From a virus (Duplodnaviria > Caudoviricetes): a stretch of DNA of 31,791 nt. This document shows positions 25,672-31,791 of the stretch, one piece after another (position 1 is the first letter of the stretch; the number at the start of each line of letters is the position of its first letter). The position numbers were made by a program, and so were the translations under genes. Location: positions 1-31,791 of the IMG/VR virus record IMGVR_UViG_3300020403_001435; one strand, written 5' to 3'. The notes beneath the pieces were generated by a model. The model was not told where the DNA came from and did no database searches. It saw nothing but the letters and a program-made list of their open reading frames with translations.

Positions 25672-28600
25672 CGTTCTGCTCTTTTTGTTGCTGAATCCAC
25701 GCCTTCGCCTTGGGTTTGCTAGGTGGAGTGTTTAAAAATCTTTGTGTCTCAACGTACACTTTGTCAAAGTTTTTCTGTCTATCAAGGTCTTCTAATCCTC
25801 CACTGTTATCAATAATATGGAAACGTCCTGCACCAAAAATCTGTTGAAATTTCATTAGATTTTGCTGTACATCGTTCCACAGTTGTTCTACCTTTTCAGG
25901 TTTTAGTGTGCGTTCTCTTTTTAAGTTACGCTGTTGCGCAACTTCCAGACTGGTGTTAACATAGATCATACTTAGATCATATCCAATGGCTCTAAGTTTT
26001 TGTGCCATAACTTCATACTTGCTTACATCTCTGCCTGTACCGTCGATGACTAAACCTAAGCGTCCATCCAAGTAAGTTGCTTCACGCTTACGGGATAAAC
26101 CTTTTGCTTTGTCACGAATTTCTTGGCCCTGGGGTGAAAAAATAGTCTCAGGATCCAGAGAAAGACCCTGCTTTTTCATTAAAAATTCATATACTTCGTC
26201 GCTGTTAATACTGCGTAGTCCTGTGCCGCCTAGTATCTTTTTGGCAACAAAACTCTTGCCACTGCCTGGTCCACCTGCTAGGAACACTGCTTTAAATATG
26301 TGCGGATCGTTTACACCCTCATCCATCTTACTGCCTACTAGCATGCCTCTTGCAGGATGTGGACTTGATCTGCCACCTGGCTTTGCACTCTTTGTAAACT
26401 TTACATTGCCTCTAAGTTGGTCCTTAGTTTCCTTCATTAAGTCCTGAATTACTTTTAAACTTGCAGGGCCTTGTGGATGCTTAGGGTTTACGCCTACACG
26501 TTCACCGTTCATTAGATCTGCAACATTTACTGCTTTGCCTATTCTATCCAGTGTTTGATGTAGTTCATCCTTGCCATCATATGCAATCTCATATCCAGGT
26601 TTGCCACGAACTTCCATACGTTCGCCAGTTTTAGTGTCTTTAATATGCAGCACGGCATCAAACTTACCACGCTCCAGTTGTAATACATAGCCTTCATTAA
26701 CTGCTTTTTTACTAGCAACAAATCTTTCGCCTGTATCTTTTACTTCTATATTTGGAAAAAACTTAGCAAAGTCAGTCCATATTTTACGACCCTGCGGAGT
26801 CTGTGAATCATCACTGTATAGAGTGCCAAACTTATCAACTAGGTAGGCATATACTTCTGTTGCACGTACTTTACCATTACTGCGCACATTACCCACTGCA
26901 ATGCCTTTATCCATTGTGCTATAAGCCACATAGAACACAGCGTCATCATACCTATCCACTAGGAACATTAAAGTATCCGGTTCTTTTGTAAAGGTTACTA
27001 CTTTGTATCCCTTAAAGTTTCCTTGTTCTTTACGACCACCTATTTTATTGGGTGCATGATCTTTATAAAAGTAATCAATACTCTGCTGTAGTTTTTGTGC
27101 ATCCAAGTTCATGCTGTCTCTGTCTTTAGGTGCTTCTGCAAGTACTGCAATTTCATCTGGTACTTCAAACTGCCATACTGTTGCACGGCCATCTTTTGCC
27201 ATCATAGCAGTAAGTCTTGTGTTACCGCCAATTAGTTCTTTGTATCCATCACTGTATACAGCAACAATAGGCATCTCAACGTTGCCTTTTTCTAATTGTG
27301 CTAACGCTCTTTTTTGTTTGTTTGGATCCAACGATTTGAAACTATCAGGATCTGCAGCATCTGTGTTTTCAATATCACTTGCGTCTGTTATCTGTACTGC
27401 TTTGCCAGTTTTAGCAAGTTCAATCCACGCTTGTTTACCAATCTTTTGAAACTCTGGATAGCGAGCCGCTTCGTCCCATTCTACATCAAACTGTGGCTTA
27501 ACAAATGATTCTGCTACTCTTGGCTTCTTAGGATTTGTTCTTTTCGGTAGCACTTGCTGTGAAAATTTTGGTTTCATAACAGGCGTTTGGTAACTTGCAC
27601 CTGGGCCTCCAGTTGCATCTGCTTTGTCTTGTGCTGCTCTAGCCTTATCGTACATGTCTTTGTACGCTTGTGTGAAAACTTTTAGTTCTCTTTTGTCTTG
27701 TTTTTGATATGGATTCTCTAGTCCTGTCATGTGTGGCTGTACAGTCAAACGCTGAGTTGAACCTTGTTCTTCAACTGACTCGCCTTTTTTCTTACGCCCA
27801 GCACAGTGTGCTTTCTGACTGAAGCCTTTAGGATTGTTGCAGTTTATACTGCGCTTATACTTTTTACTCCATTCATCATAAAGTTCTGTTTCTCTTATAG
27901 TTTCATCATAACGTAATTTGCCAGGTGTACTTTTCTTTACTTTAAGAGGACGATGTGGAAAGATCCCCATTACTAGTCCACTGCTTAGTGGTACACCTAT
28001 ACTACCACGTGTTTCATCATAGATGTCCTTGTAGTAAACTTTCTCAAACTGATTTACTAAATCATACAATTCGTATGCAGGCATGTTTACTCGGTACACG
28101 TTTAAATCTGTACCTGTGTTTACTGCAACCAACCATCTGTGATGTCCATCAAGGATATAGTCATCGCTACTAACAATAACTGATTTGGTGTTTGGCCCTT
28201 GAGCAATGTTCTTCTCCATTTGTTTAATGATGCCTTCATCGCTAAACTGGTTTTGCATTGCACGTAGTTCTTTTGCAGGAATAGTATCCTGTGTGAATTT
28301 TACACCATTCTTAGTGAGAAACTTTATGAACTCTTCATAGTCTTTGCTCTTTATTTGAGGCATAGCCTTACGCTTGATACCCAGTGTATCCTTAGGATCT
28401 GGCTTTTCAATGCGTAGTTCATTCATCTTCTTAGTTTTCTTTTTCATAGCATTGATGTACTTGCGATACACTGCGGCAGCACTTACTTTGCCTGCGGCCT
28501 TTGCTCGCTGTTCCATTGCTATTGCTGCTTGAATTTTGTGTGCGTGTTTTTTGCCACTGCGTTTAATTTTGTTTACACTTGCTTTTGCATCTGCTACTGT

Positions 28601-29224
28601 AGCAAACTTTAGTCCATGTATTGTACCGCGAGGATTTTCGTCTGTATACAAGTCACTGTGTTTCTTACTGCCAGCCTTTTGTCCTTTTTTGCGTGGTATA
28701 CGTTTTCCTTCTGCCATCATTAGTGCGGCACTAGGAATAACACCTTTGTATGCCAGTGTGCTGTCATCATCTAGTACATTTGGATCATCTTCTAAATTAT
28801 CCATGTCCAGTTTGCTAGTATCAACAGCAAGCACAACAATGTTGTCAATGTATTCATCAGGCACTTCTTCATTTGCTTCTGCATGACTTTCTGCAACTTC
28901 TGGATCTCTAGCAAGATATACATATCCTGGTTTACTATCTTCCCACTGTTGCTGAGCACCTGCACCGCCAAGTCCATTTGCCATTATACTCTTTAGGAAA
29001 GGTTCATATGTTGCATGATAAAGCACATCTGCATCTTCACTAATGCCCAAGTTAAATAGTTTGTTAGGGGTAGTGTTTTTAGTTGCTTTTTTGTCGTGAA
29101 GTTTAGGCTTACCAGATCCAAGACCCAGTTTCTTGACATTCATATACTCGCCACCTACAGGAATATCCTTAGTAGCGTTCTGTTTAGTTACAATGCCTAC
29201 GCCGCCAACTTCACTAAGTTTCAT
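25604..29224 (-). CDS. multi-module polyprotein: ART-like, ParB-like x2, GNAT-like, and zeta-toxin/AAA_33-like P-loop kinase
   Basis: LYHAT...I...GL...YVYLA (ART); YILDGHHRW and LIGGNTRL (ParB/Srx); SDDSQTPQGRKIW (GNAT-like); AGGPGSGKS, INSD, VIDGTG, SLEVAQQRN (P-loop kinase). Confidence 0.75.
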   Translation of the reverse strand: MKLSEVGGVGIVTKQNATKDIPVGGEYMNVKKLGLGSGKPKLHDKKATKNTTPNKLFNLGISEDADVLYHATYEPFLKSIMANGLGGAGAQQQWEDSKPGYVYLARDPEVAESHAEANEEVPDEYIDNIVVLAVDTSKLDMDNLEDDPNVLDDDSTLAYKGVIPSAALMMAEGKRIPRKKGQKAGSKKHSDLYTDENPRGTIHGLKFATVADAKASVNKIKRSGKKHAHKIQAAIAMEQRAKAAGKVSAAAVYRKYINAMKKKTKKMNELRIEKPDPKDTLGIKRKAMPQIKSKDYEEFIKFLTKNGVKFTQDTIPAKELRAMQNQFSDEGIIKQMEKNIAQGPNTKSVIVSSDDYILDGHHRWLVAVNTGTDLNVYRVNMPAYELYDLVNQFEKVYYKDIYDETRGSIGVPLSSGLVMGIFPHRPLKVKKSTPGKLRYDETIRETELYDEWSKKYKRSINCNNPKGFSQKAHCAGRKKKGESVEEQGSTQRLTVQPHMTGLENPYQKQDKRELKVFTQAYKDMYDKARAAQDKADATGGPGASYQTPVMKPKFSQQVLPKRTNPKKPRVAESFVKPQFDVEWDEAARYPEFQKIGKQAWIELAKTGKAVQITDASDIENTDAADPDSFKSLDPNKQKRALAQLEKGNVEMPIVAVYSDGYKELIGGNTRLTAMMAKDGRATVWQFEVPDEIAVLAEAPKDRDSMNLDAQKLQQSIDYFYKDHAPNKIGGRKEQGNFKGYKVVTFTKEPDTLMFLVDRYDDAVFYVAYSTMDKGIAVGNVRSNGKVRATEVYAYLVDKFGTLYSDDSQTPQGRKIWTDFAKFFPNIEVKDTGERFVASKKAVNEGYVLQLERGKFDAVLHIKDTKTGERMEVRGKPGYEIAYDGKDELHQTLDRIGKAVNVADLMNGERVGVNPKHPQGPASLKVIQDLMKETKDQLRGNVKFTKSAKPGGRSSPHPARGMLVGSKMDEGVNDPHIFKAVFLAGGPGSGKSFVAKKILGGTGLRSINSDEVYEFLMKKQGLSLDPETIFSPQGQEIRDKAKGLSRKREATYLDGRLGLVIDGTGRDVSKYEVMAQKLRAIGYDLSMIYVNTSLEVAQQRNLKRERTLKPEKVEQLWNDVQQNLMKFQQIFGAGRFHIIDNSGGLEDLDRQKNFDKVYVETQRFLNTPPSKPKAKAWIQQQKEQNDEKRSATKPTNTQSDGGTAEPN

Positions 29225-30954
29225 GCTTGTGTTTTGCCCTTGCCCAATAGTTGTTTACGTCTTTTAAAATCTTTTTGCACTTTATCTGTTACTGCTTGTA
29301 CAGGTTTAGTAACTGTTTGTGCAAATTTCTTAAACACATTTTCGCTTATGTCCTCATCCAGTCCAATATTTTTGCGGCAACCATCTATCATTTTTACTAC
29401 TTCAAAATGTTCAGGAGAACCTGGCTTACACTGCATTTCTTTTTTATACAGTTTCATAAGTAGCAAACGCATAGGTTTGTGATCAGGTGCCATTGGATCA
29501 CCACAGTGTTCTGTGATGTCCTTGTCTATACCTTTACTTGCTGTACCACCACGCTTGCGTTGTGTTGCAAGTTCGCTGTATGCTTCTTGTATACTTTCGT
29601 TGTAGGTTGATAGTAGATCCATGTAACGTGGTAAATTATCCTGCACATTTTTTGCATCCTTCATTTTACCAAGTTTAGCAATATCTGTAGCCATTTCACT
29701 TACTTTTTCCAGAGCAGTACTAATACTCATTGTACCGATTCCACGGATAGCAATAACACTGTTCATAGGATCTTCTTTGTTAAAGTCTGTTATTTCTTCC
29801 TTCACACCCTGTGCGCCAAATGCTTTGCCCTGCCATTCTGCACTTTCTTTCTCTTTCTTAATTGGACCACCTTTTGCCCAAGTGTGGCAACTTCTTGCAC
29901 TATGACACTTAAAGTGGTGCATCCAACAATAACCAAGTTCTCCATCTTCGTCAAATGTATCACCTGGTAGACAGTCTTTCATACGTTCGCTAATATCAAA
30001 CGCAACACAAACACCACAGTTACTCGCCTTTGCCGCTTCTTCAGTTGTATCCCAGTACTCAGCAATATCTTTCCAGTAATCACCGGGTACATCTACGTTT
30101 AGTGGACCATAGTTAAATTGTTTTATAGTCCTATCTCTGTTTTCTGTGTTTATTTCAAGATCGCCCGCGGCACGTGGACATGCAAGTTTTTCTTCCATTA
30201 CATCTGCAAGTGAGTGTCCACCTTCCATAATCGCTTGGTATAAACTTTTTCGTTGGTTCTTTTTATTAATTTGTTCTTTTAACATGTCTACTCTCGCACA
30301 GGCCTCTACGATAAACTTGTCATCCGCGCCCATATCTATAAGTTTTTCTAGTATTTCATCTGCTCTCTGCAGTTGTTCAACAATTTTACTTGCCATAGTT
30401 TGATGTATTTTAGGATCGTAACGACCAAATAAATCTGTTATCATATCACGTTGTTTGTTACTGTCTGATCTTGCAAATTCAGCACGAAACTCTGAAGCAC
30501 TTTTCATGGGTTTGCCTAGTACATCAAAGTTTAGTGTTGGTACTGTAACAATATATGCATGCTTGTCAAAGCCTTGCATGTCATTTTGTGCAGGTTGATA
30601 ATAACTTGGTTCGCCATCTTTGCGTGGTTGAAATGAGAAGCGAGGATCTTCCGCCATGTCTTTGTCACTGACTGCAAACAACGCGACTGTGTTTTGGGGA
30701 TCATAGTTGTCTGTTATTTCAGTTGCTTGGTATGGATTTTTTACCTGAACAACACGGCTTGGATCAACGCCTGTTAGCGCCATCATTGCTCGCTTCTCTT
30801 CAAATGTGAATGGGGATTTGGGGGGATCTACTTTATTACTAGTAGCAATGAACACACGATTCTTGCCAAAACGTTTGACAAGAACATCGTATACGCTTTT
30901 ATGTCCTTTGTGGAACGGATGAAACCGCCCCGGATAGATTACGAGTGTATCCAT
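29221..30954 (-). CDS. HxGH nucleotidyltransferase (cytidylyltransferase-like) fused to additional modules
   Basis: YPGRFHPFHKGH, SPFTFEEK, KSASEFR in the first ~190 aa; central Cys/His-rich module. Confidence 0.75.
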   Translation of the reverse strand: MDTLVIYPGRFHPFHKGHKSVYDVLVKRFGKNRVFIATSNKVDPPKSPFTFEEKRAMMALTGVDPSRVVQVKNPYQATEITDNYDPQNTVALFAVSDKDMAEDPRFSFQPRKDGEPSYYQPAQNDMQGFDKHAYIVTVPTLNFDVLGKPMKSASEFRAEFARSDSNKQRDMITDLFGRYDPKIHQTMASKIVEQLQRADEILEKLIDMGADDKFIVEACARVDMLKEQINKKNQRKSLYQAIMEGGHSLADVMEEKLACPRAAGDLEINTENRDRTIKQFNYGPLNVDVPGDYWKDIAEYWDTTEEAAKASNCGVCVAFDISERMKDCLPGDTFDEDGELGYCWMHHFKCHSARSCHTWAKGGPIKKEKESAEWQGKAFGAQGVKEEITDFNKEDPMNSVIAIRGIGTMSISTALEKVSEMATDIAKLGKMKDAKNVQDNLPRYMDLLSTYNESIQEAYSELATQRKRGGTASKGIDKDITEHCGDPMAPDHKPMRLLLMKLYKKEMQCKPGSPEHFEVVKMIDGCRKNIGLDEDISENVFKKFAQTVTKPVQAVTDKVQKDFKRRKQLLGKGKTQA

Positions 30955-30975
30955 TGTAAATCCCTAAAACACAGT

Positions 30976-30982
30976 GTATTTA
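30976..30982 (-). promoter_or_regulatory. late-promoter-like motif TAAATAC
   Basis: CATAAATAC on the minus strand about 22 nt upstream of the 30954 start. Confidence 0.5.
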
Positions 30983-30984
30983 TG

Positions 30985-31431
30985 CTATAGGTTTTCAAGG
31001 AGCCAGATGTATATAGGTGTTGTAAATTTGAGAGTAGTTCTTCCGTTCCAACTAAGTTTGCTTGCATTAAAACCTGTTGCACTTTTGCCCTCAGGATCCA
31101 AAGGTTCGTATGTTAGGAAATCGTCTAGTTTAAGAAAGTCCAGTTTAATGTTATCAAAACTTATACTGTTAATAATTACTCGCTTGTCTTGACTTATTTC
31201 ACCATCATGTCCTGTATATACATCATTGTATGGATCCTTGTTCATATATTCAACACTTAAAAAATTTTGTGCGTTGTCTTGAATTTCAACATCTATATCT
31301 ACTAGTGTATCATTTTTAAGTATTTCACCAAACTGTGGATAACCGTTTAAACTAATGTTTACATAGGGATCTTCTTTTACAGATGGATGTGTTATTATGC
31401 CAACATCTATTTTAATATTAACTTTCTCCAC
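30985..31431 (-). CDS. hypothetical beta-rich phage protein
   Basis: 148-aa ORF ending FTTPIYIWLLENL; no functional motif recognised. Confidence 0.65.
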   Translation of the reverse strand: MEKVNIKIDVGIITHPSVKEDPYVNISLNGYPQFGEILKNDTLVDIDVEIQDNAQNFLSVEYMNKDPYNDVYTGHDGEISQDKRVIINSISFDNIKLDFLKLDDFLTYEPLDPEGKSATGFNASKLSWNGRTTLKFTTPIYIWLLENL

Positions 31432-31791
31432 GGATTTGCTCCATGTCCGGATAGAATCTGTGATAGCCTACATGCACTAAGGGTATACTAGTGTCTGCCC
31501 ATATAGTGCCTCCCAGTTCGCGCCAGCGTCTACAAAAACTCCAGTCCTCAGTTAGATATCTTCCCTGACTATCTATAGTGCAATTGAAGAAATCATATTG
31601 ATGATTATTTTCAGCGTCACTTAATCCTATTGCATCAGTGTATTTTTGAGCACCTTGATCTATCATTGCTTCAAATACTACACGTTTAATCATCATGAAG
31701 CCTGTGCCCATTGTACCAACTTCTACTAGATCACCTTCACGTTTGCCGTTTTTCAGTGTGTTTACAACCATTCTAGGTGGTAATGTTTTTT
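31418..31791 (-). CDS. glycosyltransferase (GT-A-like), 5' end outside the window
   Basis: GTGFMMIKR, YLTEDWSFC, LVHVG motifs; the frame stays open to the window edge (KTLPPR before MVVN). Confidence 0.7.
   Translation of the reverse strand, partial: KTLPPRMVVNTLKNGKREGDLVEVGTMGTGFMMIKRVVFEAMIDQGAQKYTDAIGLSDAENNHQYDFFNCTIDSQGRYLTEDWSFCRRWRELGGTIWADTSIPLVHVGYHRFYPDMEQIRGES

Noticed and set aside
25375-26317. Classical epsilon-zeta toxin-antitoxin pair
   Set aside because: The kinase is fused within a polyprotein, and the adjacent small ORF is basic and downstream, unlike epsilon antitoxins
424-31192. All plus-strand ORFs in the supplied track, and short nested minus-strand ORFs such as 10302..10511, 13930..14244 and 26539..26721
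   Set aside because: They lie wholly or largely opposite or inside longer genes with clear protein motifs and have shadow-frame composition
1-31791. Alternative genetic code or stop-codon reassignment, as in some large phages
   Set aside because: Genes with known families are full length under the standard code, coding density is very high, and TAG, TGA and TAA all occur as apparent stops

Overview
The window looks like part of a large, AT-rich, T4-like (myovirus/jumbo-type) dsDNA phage genome. All credible genes lie on the minus strand, tightly packed and often translationally coupled (TAATG/ATGA overlaps). In transcription order (right to left) there are four blocks. (1) 21.4-31 kb: proteins that look like capsid-packaged internal/head proteins. 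Many have T4 capsid-targeting-like N-termini and are built from modules separated by hydrophobic-X-Glu motifs resembling T4 prohead-protease sites. One is a 1206-aa polyprotein with ADP-ribosyltransferase-like, two ParB-like, GNAT-like and zeta/P-loop kinase modules. (2) 15-20.2 kb: replication genes (family B DNA polymerase, probable sliding clamp, DsbA-like protein). (3) 3.8-15 kb: a 7-deazaguanine-type modification locus (TGT/DpdA-like, QueD-like, FolE) interleaved with a glycosyltransferase, amidinotransferase, PLP aminotransferase, B12 radical SAM, sulfotransferase, SGNH protein and 2OG-Fe(II) oxygenases. (4) 0.3-3.9 kb: a nucleobase uptake/salvage module (BMP substrate-binding protein with a structured leader, IPNS-like oxygenase, two phosphoribosyltransferases). 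Four sigma70-like promoters and a recurrent TAAATAC late-promoter-like motif are visible in or near the few intergenic gaps. No tRNA, rRNA, CRISPR array or mobile element was recognised. All functional calls come from motif recognition by eye; no database search was run.
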